The notes under the pieces: model-generated
Told to the model about the DNA's origin: nothing
Databases searched by the model: none
The model's input: the letters and a program-made list of their open reading frames with translations, nothing else
Program-made: the position numbers and the translations under genes
Origin: a virus
Taxonomy: Duplodnaviria > Caudoviricetes
Length of the DNA: 64,000 nucleotides
Strand: one strand, 5' to 3'
Virus record (IMG/VR): IMGVR_UViG_3300029288_001928
Coordinates: 1 to 64,000 of that record
Shown: positions 29,144 through 38,439 of the stretch, in pieces
Position numbering within the stretch: the first letter of the stretch is position 1
Layout: each line of letters starts with the position of its first letter

Positions 29144-30322
29144 GTGAAAGCATATTTTTATCCAAAATCCATCTATACTTCTATAGTGGCATTTGCAGAC
29201 CTTTTTAATAATATGACAACTAGAGTATATGATCATACAACAAATAAAATTGTTGGTGCTAAAAAAGTGCCTGTAAATTTAAATCCAAAAGAAAAAATTG
29301 CTTCTATATTAACAAAAACCACGGTAAATGATGTAGATCCACAGCAAGATAATTATTTACCTAGAATATCCGTTAATATGGCAGGAATGGTTTGGGATCC
29401 TGCAAGAATGAGAGGTAAGTTTGAAAAAAGATTATTGAATATAGAATATTCTGATAATGGCAGAACTAGATCTATGCAAAGAGATACACAACCTATGCCA
29501 TGGAATCTTACGTTTGATGTTACTGTCTGGACAAAATATATGACAGATGCATTACAATTGTTTGAAAATATTGCAGTATGGTTCGGTCCAGAAAATCACG
29601 TTTCTTTTAAAGAAAGAAATTTTGGACTTGAACATAAAGCCAAAATAACATTAGATAACGTTACTCCTAATATAGTATTCGAATTGGGAGAACAAGAAAG
29701 AAGAGTAATTCAACATAATTATACATTTACTATGGAAACAGTTTTATATAAACCAATAGAATTAACCCCTGAAATTGCATGCGCTATTATAAAAGTCGCA
29801 AATGTTCCATGTGAGAAAATCCCATTTGAAGGCGGGGCAATTTATATTAATGATAATAATACACAAACTGTGGTAGATCCACAAATATCAGCGGCAATTA
29901 GAGATTTAGACGATTGTGAAGAATATAATTTGATGGTGAGATATTGGGAATCTGCCAATAATTCTATGTCTTCATCTACTTTAAACCCAACAGAACCTAC
30001 ATATGCACAATGTGTATTAAATCATTGTATTGATCCAGTTCCACCACAACCAGTATGGAATTCTGTAGATCAGCCAGATACATGTGGACCAAATAAACAA
30101 CCTAGTAGAATAGTCAGAGGTATAGGAGATGGTCCAGATGGTCATGATACGATTTCAATGTATAGTCAAGAAATTGTTAATCAAAATAATATTTTAAGTA
30201 TTGTAAGTTATAGAACAACAATTGATGATAATACAAATGAAATAATTGAAGAAAATGTTATAATACCTAATGATGAATTCCCATCCGGAAATGATTTTGA
30301 TGGAGACGGTGTAGATGACTAG
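29144..30322 (+). CDS. gp15: Tail terminator / sheath stabiliser (T4 gp15-like) with a Cys-containing C-terminal extension
   Basis: YFY..SI...IVAFADLFNN, KVPV..PKEK, LPRIS, PMPWNLTF, DALQLFENI; GTG start. Confidence 0.88.
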   Translation: MKAYFYPKSIYTSIVAFADLFNNMTTRVYDHTTNKIVGAKKVPVNLNPKEKIASILTKTTVNDVDPQQDNYLPRISVNMAGMVWDPARMRGKFEKRLLNIEYSDNGRTRSMQRDTQPMPWNLTFDVTVWTKYMTDALQLFENIAVWFGPENHVSFKERNFGLEHKAKITLDNVTPNIVFELGEQERRVIQHNYTFTMETVLYKPIELTPEIACAIIKVANVPCEKIPFEGGAIYINDNNTQTVVDPQISAAIRDLDDCEEYNLMVRYWESANNSMSSSTLNPTEPTYAQCVLNHCIDPVPPQPVWNSVDQPDTCGPNKQPSRIVRGIGDGPDGHDTISMYSQEIVNQNNILSIVSYRTTIDDNTNEIIEENVIIPNDEFPSGNDFDGDGVDD

Positions 30323-30863
30323 TAAAGGATTTAAATCTATTGCAGATATTTTAAATATTGATGGTTCTGATGGATCATTTGATGATGATGAAGCACGTAA
30401 AGCAAAAGAAAGACAAGAAGAACGTGATGCTGCTGCAAAACTATTAAGAGAGAAAATTAAAGATTTACAAAATTGTGGAGATGATGTAGAGTATAAAAAA
30501 AGAATGTTAAAAATCTTAGGAGCAGAAGGAATTGAAGTTTTATTGCATATGAAGCATGAAATAGAAGATAATCCTTCTGGAAGATCTGCCGAATGTTTTG
30601 CAACCGTTTTAACATCTATCACAAATACAATCAGCGAAATGGAAAAAATAGATAATAATGAACGTAAAAATGATGTTGATAATAAGAAATTGGCATTAAC
30701 ATCAAAGAATCCTGCATTAGTACAAGGAAGTAATAATGTTGTAATGGTAGGATCAACTGCTGATTTATTAAATATGATGCATGAAAGTGGTTTATTAAAA
30801 GATAAAAATATTAAAGAAGCAGAAGTTATTATCGAACCAGAGAAAAAAATTGAAAAAGAATAA
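30315..30863 (+). CDS. gp16: Terminase small subunit (T4 gp16-like)
   Basis: DDVEYKKRML, PSGRSAECFAT, NNVVMVGSTADLLNM; synteny. Confidence 0.75.
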   Translation: MTSKGFKSIADILNIDGSDGSFDDDEARKAKERQEERDAAAKLLREKIKDLQNCGDDVEYKKRMLKILGAEGIEVLLHMKHEIEDNPSGRSAECFATVLTSITNTISEMEKIDNNERKNDVDNKKLALTSKNPALVQGSNNVVMVGSTADLLNMMHESGLLKDKNIKEAEVIIEPEKKIEKE

Positions 30864-30865
30864 TA

Positions 30866-32287
30866 ATGTCAATTCATATAAAAAGAACAAATTGGAATAA
30901 AGCTTTAGAGATTTATACAAAAAATAATTCTCAATATAGAGAAATTGGTGAAGGTTGGGTTAAAAAAAATGGAGTATGGTCTAGATTTTTTGGTGGACCT
31001 CCATCTCCTACTCAAATAGAATATGCGAGGTTTATACCAGGAAGAATTGATTCTAATTTACTAACTATTTCTGATGACCTATTAACAGTTGAAAAATACA
31101 GTACTTCTAATGAAGCGTCCGCGATGGCAGACGTTATGTGTAATAATGGAAAACGTTGGTTTGAGTTTAAGACATATTCAGATTCATTTAGTGCTGGAAA
31201 TATATATGTAGGTATGATACTTGATTGGTTTTTAGTTCCGACGACAGCAGGAAACATAGCAACATCTATATCACTTAGGGTAATGAGTACGTATATCAAT
31301 ATATTAAGTGGGTCAACTTTGATCGGACAAACAGAAAGTAATTCATTTTATCCTGGAGATGTCGTTGGATTTGGTTATGATTTTTCAAATGGAAATATAA
31401 TTGTTCATGTAAATGGTGTTGAAAAAGGGTCATTTACTGCAAACTTTAGTTATCAGACATCATATGGAGATATAGGAAATAGAAGAATTTTTGTAGGTTT
31501 TGGTCCAGCGGCTATTGCAAAAATATCTTTATTTAGTGATCGTCAGATAGGAGAATATGGCCCTCCTGATGAAAGTTGGCAAGGATGGACATCTCCATGG
31601 ACTAATGTTCAGCAAGTAACAACTCCTTCAACATGGTTGAAAGGAGGAGAAGTTCCTGTTTCTATGTGGGCAAAAGCCAATGATAACGGAGAGTTTGATT
31701 CGATGAGAACGTTTGAGTTTTTACTTCGATGTAGTACAACTGCATGGGAAACATCTACTTTAAAATATATATTTAGTAAATCATATACAGACGGGGCTGG
31801 TCATTATTTTTCTACTATGGGATCTCAGACTAATGTAGTAGAAGCAAAAATAACAGGAAACGCTACACCAATAAATCGTCTTAGAACAATGAAACCATAT
31901 GATGGATTTTGGCACAGATGGACTGTTGTTGGTTCGTGGGCAACAGGAAAATCAAAATTATATTGTGATGGTGTGCTTATGGCAGAAGCAGCCCTTGGGG
32001 GTACAGGTCCGGCTAATAATATACGGTTATTATACCTACTATCTGTAACAGGAAACGAAAATTATTATAATATCGGAGATGCAGAAATATCAGATGTTCG
32101 TATATGGAACACTGAACGAACTCAGGAAGAAATTACCAGTTCTATTAACTATAAATCTGTTACAGGATCAGAAACAGGATTAGTTGGATTATGGTTTTGT
32201 GACGAAGGTTCAGGGGTGGCTATAAACGATCAAACTTCATATGCTCACCAATTAACTGCATCAAATGCTGCAATTTGGCAATCATAA
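30866..32287 (+). CDS. SPRY-like + LamG/concanavalin-domain protein
   Basis: GKRWFEF, GDVVGFGYD..HVNG (SPRY); WHRWTVV..KLYCDG..ISDVRIWNTERTQEEI..GLVGLW (LamG). Confidence 0.7.
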   Translation: MSIHIKRTNWNKALEIYTKNNSQYREIGEGWVKKNGVWSRFFGGPPSPTQIEYARFIPGRIDSNLLTISDDLLTVEKYSTSNEASAMADVMCNNGKRWFEFKTYSDSFSAGNIYVGMILDWFLVPTTAGNIATSISLRVMSTYINILSGSTLIGQTESNSFYPGDVVGFGYDFSNGNIIVHVNGVEKGSFTANFSYQTSYGDIGNRRIFVGFGPAAIAKISLFSDRQIGEYGPPDESWQGWTSPWTNVQQVTTPSTWLKGGEVPVSMWAKANDNGEFDSMRTFEFLLRCSTTAWETSTLKYIFSKSYTDGAGHYFSTMGSQTNVVEAKITGNATPINRLRTMKPYDGFWHRWTVVGSWATGKSKLYCDGVLMAEAALGGTGPANNIRLLYLLSVTGNENYYNIGDAEISDVRIWNTERTQEEITSSINYKSVTGSETGLVGLWFCDEGSGVAINDQTSYAHQLTASNAAIWQS

Positions 32288-32298
32288 AGGAATATAAT

Positions 32299-32646
32299 AT
32301 GCCTATAAAATACGATGAAAATGGTGCAGTAAAACGCCCAAATAAAGAAATTAAATATACAAAAGAAATGATTGAGAAATATGCAAACTCTGCAAAATCA
32401 GTCATATATTTTGCAGAAAATTTCTATTATATTATACATCCAACTAAAGGAAAAATGAAAATTAAATTGTTCGATTATCAAAAACAAATGCTTGAAAATT
32501 TTCAAAATCACCAGCATAATGTGCTATGCTGTGGGAGACAACTCGGAAAATGTTTAAATAATCAACAACTTGTTGAAATTTTAAACACAGAAACCGGAGA
32601 AATTGAAAAAATTGAAATAGGAAATTTATTTAATTTGTTACTTTAA
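32299..32646 (+). CDS. terL: Terminase large subunit, N-terminal fragment fused to a 31-aa split intein N-part (IntN 32551-32643)
   Basis: YFAENFYYI..GKMKIKLFDYQ..GRQLGK|CLNNQQLVEI; probable start MPIKY at 32299 after AAAGGA. Confidence 0.93.
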   Translation: MPIKYDENGAVKRPNKEIKYTKEMIEKYANSAKSVIYFAENFYYIIHPTKGKMKIKLFDYQKQMLENFQNHQHNVLCCGRQLGKCLNNQQLVEILNTETGEIEKIEIGNLFNLLL

Positions 32647-32721
32647 TATGGGCTAGACATCTCGGAAAATAGGTTTATACATAGAATAGACAAGAAGGAA
32701 AAAGTTTAGAGAAGTGATATA

Positions 32722-32751
32722 ATATTATTCTTGTTTAAAGGAGAATAATAT
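32722..32751 (+). promoter_or_regulatory. RBS/start-sequestering hairpin of the endonuclease gene
   Basis: ATATTATTCT (32722-32731) is the reverse complement of AGAATAATAT (32742-32751), which overlaps the AAGGAG RBS and the ATG. Confidence 0.65.
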
Positions 32752-33892
32752 GAAAACAGAATGTCCTATATGTAAAAATATATTTCCATTTTATATTTTA
32801 ATAAATCATTTAGAAAAAGAACATAATATATTAAAAGATGAATTTGAAGAAAAATATTTACATAAAATTTTTAAATGTATTATATGCGGAAAAAGATTTG
32901 AAAAGGAATCGCAATTAAATAAACATACCAAAATAGTACATGGAAAAGAGGAAAGAGAAAAGAATAAAAAAATAAAAGAAGAACGGTATACTGTAGTTTG
33001 TCAAGTTGATGGAAAGAAATTTATTAATATAAAAGGATTAGCAACGCATTTAAAAAGTATTAAATATTCAAAAGAAGAGTATTGGTTAAAATATTTAAAC
33101 ATAGAAAATAAAACAGGTACGTGCAAACAATGTGGAAAGAAATTAAAATTTCGAACATTGACAAGTAATTATGCGGATTTTTGTTGTTTTTCTTGTTCTA
33201 CTACATGGTTTGCAAAAAATACTGATAGAGTTGATAGAGCGATGAAAACTCTACAAAAAAAGAAAGACGAAGATCCGACATATTGTTTAAACCCATCGCA
33301 ATTAGAATATTGGGTGAATAAAGGATATTCTATCGAAGACGCAAAGAAAATGCAAAAAGAAAGACAAACGACGTTTACACTAGAAAAATGTATAGAAAAA
33401 TATGGGGAGAAAAAAGGAAAACAAAGATGGGCAGAAAGACAAGAAAAATGGCTTACTTCATTTGGAAGAATATATTATTCTCAAATATCACAAAAATTAT
33501 TTTCTGATGTAGAAAAAGAAATAAAGATGTTATATCCAGAAAAAAATTTAAAATGCTTTTACGCAGAAAGCGAAGATGATAAAACAAAAAATAATGAAAT
33601 TGTGATTCGAACAGAATTATCAGCATACAGATTAGATTTTTTTATACCAGAATTAAACTATGTTATAGAATTTGATGGTGAATATTGGCACGGAGAAGCA
33701 AGAGGAAATCAAGAAAGAGATATTATTAGAGAACTTGAAATAAAAGCTGCATATCCAGATTTTATTATTAGACATGTATTGGAAAAAGAATATAAACAAA
33801 ATCCATTATTAATATTAAACAATATTATAAAAGAAATATCGTATTTAATAGAAACTGTTTATGAGGAGTATAGAAATAATTATAAAAATTAA
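32750..33892 (+). CDS. Free-standing homing endonuclease (C2H2 fingers + Vsr/DUF559-like nuclease) between the split terL halves
   Basis: CPIC..H..H and CIIC..H..H; YRLDFFIPELNYVIEFDGEYWH. Confidence 0.8.
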   Translation: MKTECPICKNIFPFYILINHLEKEHNILKDEFEEKYLHKIFKCIICGKRFEKESQLNKHTKIVHGKEEREKNKKIKEERYTVVCQVDGKKFINIKGLATHLKSIKYSKEEYWLKYLNIENKTGTCKQCGKKLKFRTLTSNYADFCCFSCSTTWFAKNTDRVDRAMKTLQKKKDEDPTYCLNPSQLEYWVNKGYSIEDAKKMQKERQTTFTLEKCIEKYGEKKGKQRWAERQEKWLTSFGRIYYSQISQKLFSDVEKEIKMLYPEKNLKCFYAESEDDKTKNNEIVIRTELSAYRLDFFIPELNYVIEFDGEYWHGEARGNQERDIIRELEIKAAYPDFIIRHVLEKEYKQNPLLILNNIIKEISYLIETVYEEYRNNYKN

Positions 33893-33916
33893 TATAAATA
33901 TTATATAATATAAGTT

Positions 33917-35641
33917 ATGGAACAACCAACAAGAAAATTTGAACTTATAAAAGAGTGTCCTTCCCGATACAAGATAAAAACTCCGCAGGGGTGGAAGGGG
34001 ATAAAGAATGTAATGAAGACAGTACCATATACTGTATGGTACATAGAATTAGATAATGGTGATAGTTTAAAATGTGCAGACACTCATATAGTTTACACTG
34101 ATTTACACACATCAATATATGTATGTGATGTTAAGGTTGGGCAGTTAATTGAGACAGATACAGGATATCATAAGTGTGTAAAGGTAGAGGATTTAGGCTA
34201 TGAAGAGAACATGTATGATGTTGAAGTAGATTCTGATGAGCATGAATATTATTCAAACAATTTTATATCACACAATACAACGTGTTCTGCAATTTACATT
34301 TTATGGTATTCTATTTTTAATAAAGAAAAGAAGATTGCAATATTAGCAAACAAAGCAGCAGTTGCAAAGAAAATTTTAGAAGAAATAAAATATGCATATG
34401 AGAATTTACCAGAATATATCAAACCTGGAGCAGTCGAATATAATGCATATAATATAAAATTTGATACTGATACAGAAATAATGTGTTCTGCTACAACCCC
34501 TTCTGCATTAAGAGGTTATTCAATTTCTTTATTATTTATGGATGAGTTAGCGTTCGTAAATCCTCCTTCTTTAGCAGAAGAATTCTGGACATCAAACTGG
34601 CCTATTTTGAGTACTGGTGGATCATCAATTATTGTATCTACTCCAAAAGGTACTGCTAATTTATTTTACAAACTTTGGAAAGATGCAGTTGATGGAAAAA
34701 ATACGTTAAAACCATTAATGGTTAAATGGAATGCCCATCCTGACAGAGACCAAAAATGGTATGAAGAAACTATTAGAAATATGGGTAAAGTATCTTTTCA
34801 CCAAGAACACGATTGTTCATTTTTCGGATCATCATCAACGTTAATTGATGGTCAATTTATTTTAAATGGACTAAAACAGATAGATCCTATAGATCAGCCA
34901 GATCAATGGACAAAATATTGGGATAAACCAAAACATAATAGAAAATATGCTATATCTATAGATGTGTCACAAGGAGTTGGTTCTGACTATTCTGTTGCTA
35001 ATGTGTTTGATATTACAGATTATCCAGAAGGTGCAGTAAAACAAGTATTTTGTTATCGGAGAAATGATATAAATGTTCCAATATTTACAAGTATTGTACA
35101 CGAAATTGCTAAAGAATGGAATAACGCATATTTAATTATTGAAACAAATGCAAATTTGGGAGAAGAATTACAAAGAATTATGATGGAATCTAATGAATAT
35201 GAGAATATATTTTATGATTATGAGAAAAATTCATATGGAGTATTTGCTAATAGGGGTAATAAACCTGCGGCATGTTCTTGGTTAAAAGAGTTAATTGAGA
35301 ATAATAAAATTCAAGTGTATGATGGTCAACTTATTGAAGAATTTGGATATTTTGAGGAATTAAAAGAAGGGGTATTTAAAGCTAAGAATAATAAAGGTTG
35401 CCATGACGATTTAGTTGCTACGTGTTTATGGTTATCATATTTTTTAAAGTCCAAATATTTTGCAGATATTAAGGACTCTTGGGTATTTGATGAGTCTCCG
35501 TCCGAAGAAGTTAAGGATAAAGAAGCATATGAGGTTTGGAATAACTTTTTAACCAAAGATTATGAAGAAGTTGAGAATAATTGGTTAGATAAAGATATAA
35601 ATGGCAAGAATAATAGAAATTCCAACTCTGTTTGGTGGTAA
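33917..35641 (+). CDS. terL: Split intein C-part (120 aa, 33917-34276) fused to the terminase large subunit C-terminal fragment
   Basis: KTPQGW, CADTH (block B), MYDVEV..YYSNNFISHN|TT; then ILANK, LFMDELAFV (Walker B), IVSTPKG, QEHDCSF, SIDVSQGVGSDYS, HDDLV. Confidence 0.95.
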   Translation: MEQPTRKFELIKECPSRYKIKTPQGWKGIKNVMKTVPYTVWYIELDNGDSLKCADTHIVYTDLHTSIYVCDVKVGQLIETDTGYHKCVKVEDLGYEENMYDVEVDSDEHEYYSNNFISHNTTCSAIYILWYSIFNKEKKIAILANKAAVAKKILEEIKYAYENLPEYIKPGAVEYNAYNIKFDTDTEIMCSATTPSALRGYSISLLFMDELAFVNPPSLAEEFWTSNWPILSTGGSSIIVSTPKGTANLFYKLWKDAVDGKNTLKPLMVKWNAHPDRDQKWYEETIRNMGKVSFHQEHDCSFFGSSSTLIDGQFILNGLKQIDPIDQPDQWTKYWDKPKHNRKYAISIDVSQGVGSDYSVANVFDITDYPEGAVKQVFCYRRNDINVPIFTSIVHEIAKEWNNAYLIIETNANLGEELQRIMMESNEYENIFYDYEKNSYGVFANRGNKPAACSWLKELIENNKIQVYDGQLIEEFGYFEELKEGVFKAKNNKGCHDDLVATCLWLSYFLKSKYFADIKDSWVFDESPSEEVKDKEAYEVWNNFLTKDYEEVENNWLDKDINGKNNRNSNSVWW

Positions 35642-35729
35642 TTAAATAATTTCGCAATTATTTAATGCCCTGTCGGTTATAAATAAATATGAATGATAAC
35701 TATGCTTTGTAAGGGATAAGGAGTTTCCA

Positions 35730-37664
35730 ATGCCTGACAATTTATCTCCAAATGTATCAATAAGAGAGAGAGATTTAACACAAATAGTACCAACAGTAAC
35801 ATCTTCTGTTGGTGGAATGGTAATGTATGCGGTTAAGGGTCCAGTAAATGTACCTATTGATCTAACATCAACAAAGGATTTAGAAGATATTTTAGGTAGA
35901 CCAAATGAAGTTGGTTATACACATTGGTTTACCGCAGAAGCGTTCTTAAAAGCTTCAAATCAATTAAGAGTTGTTCGTGTAGAAGATAGTGCATTAGCGG
36001 TTGCTGGATTAACAGTTGGTCTTTCAGGATCAACAGTATTAACAGATACGACTACAAAAGCAACCGAATTGTTTCCTTTATCATATAATGATATAAAAGA
36101 ACACGAAGCAAAAATAGATTATGATCTTCCTGCTGGTACTGGTGCTGGCGAATTAGATGAAGCAGCAAACAATTTATTTACTACTGACATCTATCATTTT
36201 TATGGTGTTGGTCCTGGTGATTATTATGAAGGAATTTCTGTTGTAGTCGTAAATTCTACAGATTTTGGATTACTTGTAGATTTAAAGGGAGAATTGGTAG
36301 AAGCATATACACAAACGGCAATTAATACAATTGCAGATAAATATTATAATGGTGATATGAGTGGATCTGATTATCTTCTAAACTCATTAATTAAGTATGA
36401 TGTATTAACTCCTCCTGCCACTGGCGCAACTGATTGGGTAATAAATACAACACTTCTTGAAACAATTACAAACTTTGAAAATGGTCCATCAACTGCAGAT
36501 GAAGCAATTTTGTTAGTATTTGATGAATTTGGTAGTAATGTAGAAAGCTATTTATTCTCTCATGATAAAGATAAGAGAGATGCAGTAGGAAACAAGATGT
36601 TTGGCCCTACACTTGTTAATGGAAATTCAAGATATATTTATTTCTTTATTGCAAATACTGAAACCGCTGCTAATGGTGTAACTTCTGTAAGTACTCGCAA
36701 GTCATATTTGGCTGGTGCAGATGATTTAACTGGAATTGCTATTGGCACAAGTTTAGCAGATTTAACTGGTGAAATGCAAACACAATTATATAAGCATTTC
36801 TCAAACCCAGAACAGTTTGAAGTTGATCTATTAATAGATGCAGATTATCCAGATATAATCAAGAGAACATTAGATGAGCTAGCTAGAAATATTCGTAAAG
36901 ATTGTTTGGCTGTTCTAACTGTTCCATTAAATACAGTATTAAATACAAGTAATTATCGTGAAATTGCTGCACCATATACAGCAATGAAAAATTATGTTGC
37001 TAATACTTTAAATATTAATAGTTCTTATAGCACAATTTATGGTAACTGGCTAAAGATTTATGATAGATTTGCAGAAAAGGAACGCTGGATTCCTGCAAGT
37101 GGACTAGCAGCAGCAGTAATGGCATACACAGATTTCTCTGATGCGCAATGGTTTGCTCCTGCCGGTTTAAATCGTGGAATCTTATCAAATGTTATTGATG
37201 TTGCTGTAAATCCAAATAAGGGACAGAGAGATATTCTATATTACAATAGAATCAACCCTATTGTAGATTTTACTGGTGAAGGTATAGTAATTTGGGGGCA
37301 AAAGACTCTTCAAAGTGGTGCAAGCGCATTTGATAGAATCAATGTTCGTCGTTTATTCCTATATCTTGAAAAGAGTATTCGTAAAATGGCTAGATACTAT
37401 CTATTTGAATTCAATGATGAATTCACTCGTAGTCGTTTCCGTGGAACAGTAAATCCGTTTATGTCCATAGTTCAGTCTCGTCGTGGTGTATATGACTTCC
37501 AAGTTGTATGTGACGCAACGAATAATCCACCTGAAGTAATTGATAGAAATGAATTTAATGCTGAAATATTGGTCAAGCCAACAAGAGTAGCAGAATTCAT
37601 AACACTAACATTTACTGCAGTTGCAACTGGCGTAGAATTTAGTGAAGTTGTGCAACGTAGTTGA
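35730..37664 (+). CDS. gp18: Tail sheath protein (T4 gp18-like)
   Basis: LSPNVSIRERDLT, WFAPAGLNRG, WGQKTLQ..SAFDRINVRRLF, FEFNDEFTR. Confidence 0.97.
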   Translation: MPDNLSPNVSIRERDLTQIVPTVTSSVGGMVMYAVKGPVNVPIDLTSTKDLEDILGRPNEVGYTHWFTAEAFLKASNQLRVVRVEDSALAVAGLTVGLSGSTVLTDTTTKATELFPLSYNDIKEHEAKIDYDLPAGTGAGELDEAANNLFTTDIYHFYGVGPGDYYEGISVVVVNSTDFGLLVDLKGELVEAYTQTAINTIADKYYNGDMSGSDYLLNSLIKYDVLTPPATGATDWVINTTLLETITNFENGPSTADEAILLVFDEFGSNVESYLFSHDKDKRDAVGNKMFGPTLVNGNSRYIYFFIANTETAANGVTSVSTRKSYLAGADDLTGIAIGTSLADLTGEMQTQLYKHFSNPEQFEVDLLIDADYPDIIKRTLDELARNIRKDCLAVLTVPLNTVLNTSNYREIAAPYTAMKNYVANTLNINSSYSTIYGNWLKIYDRFAEKERWIPASGLAAAVMAYTDFSDAQWFAPAGLNRGILSNVIDVAVNPNKGQRDILYYNRINPIVDFTGEGIVIWGQKTLQSGASAFDRINVRRLFLYLEKSIRKMARYYLFEFNDEFTRSRFRGTVNPFMSIVQSRRGVYDFQVVCDATNNPPEVIDRNEFNAEILVKPTRVAEFITLTFTAVATGVEFSEVVQRS

Positions 37665-37694
37665 TATAAGTATAAGGTAAATTAGGAGAAAAAA

Positions 37695-38321
37695 ATGCCA
37701 TTACCAAACTTTGATGGGTTTAATCTTTACAAGTTTAGAGAAACAGTAGGTGATCCTGGCCGTCCATATTTATTTTTAGTAAATGTTCCTCAAATTGGTA
37801 CTGATACTGTTGTAACTGCAATGGCAAGATCAACAAATCTTCCTGGATACACTGTTGGTCAAGTAGCTATACCATTCCAAGGTGTTAATATAAAGATTGG
37901 TACTACACCAGAATATCAGGATTGGACAGTTAACTTTTTATGTGATGAAGCACACGAATTACGCAGACTATTTATGAACTGGCAAGCCATTGTATATGAC
38001 GTTGGACTTGGATTAACTGGTCATTCAAATCAATATAAGTCAGATCAGGTAGGTGTAGCACAACTTGCTCGTACAGGAGCAATAATTGCTGCATATAATA
38101 TGGTTGGTGCATGGCCAAAGAGTGTAGGTGATATTACAATAGGACATGATCAAAATAGTTCAATTGAACAATTTGATGTTACATTTGCATATGATTACTA
38201 CATTTTAGACTCTAAGTTTGGTGAAAGCACAAATGCTGCTGCTATGATTCGTGGTTCTGCTCCTCAAATTAATCGTGGCAATTCAATAAATGGGTCATCT
38301 AATAACTTCACTCCACAGTGA
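37695..38321 (+). CDS. gp19: Tail tube protein (T4 gp19-like)
   Basis: RPYLF, STNLPG, DWTVNF, GAWPKSVG, IEQFDVTFAYDY. Confidence 0.92.
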   Translation: MPLPNFDGFNLYKFRETVGDPGRPYLFLVNVPQIGTDTVVTAMARSTNLPGYTVGQVAIPFQGVNIKIGTTPEYQDWTVNFLCDEAHELRRLFMNWQAIVYDVGLGLTGHSNQYKSDQVGVAQLARTGAIIAAYNMVGAWPKSVGDITIGHDQNSSIEQFDVTFAYDYYILDSKFGESTNAAAMIRGSAPQINRGNSINGSSNNFTPQ

Positions 38322-38347
38322 TATTTTTAAAATAATTTAAAATAGTT

Positions 38348-38379
38348 AAACTGGTTAGGATTATCCTAACCAGTTTTTT
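38348..38379 (+). terminator. Intrinsic terminator after the tube gene
   Basis: AAACTGGTTAGGA-TTA-TCCTAACCAGTTTTTT. Confidence 0.85.
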
Positions 38380-38439
38380 GTTAATATTTTTATATTTTTG
38401 ATATAATATACTATATTACTTTTAGGGAGTACAATACAC

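Noticed and set aside
32647-33916. Group I intron interrupting terL
   Set aside because: Flanking non-coding stretches are only about 100 and 24 nt, too short for a ribozyme core; split-intein motifs and a separate late promoter explain the break.
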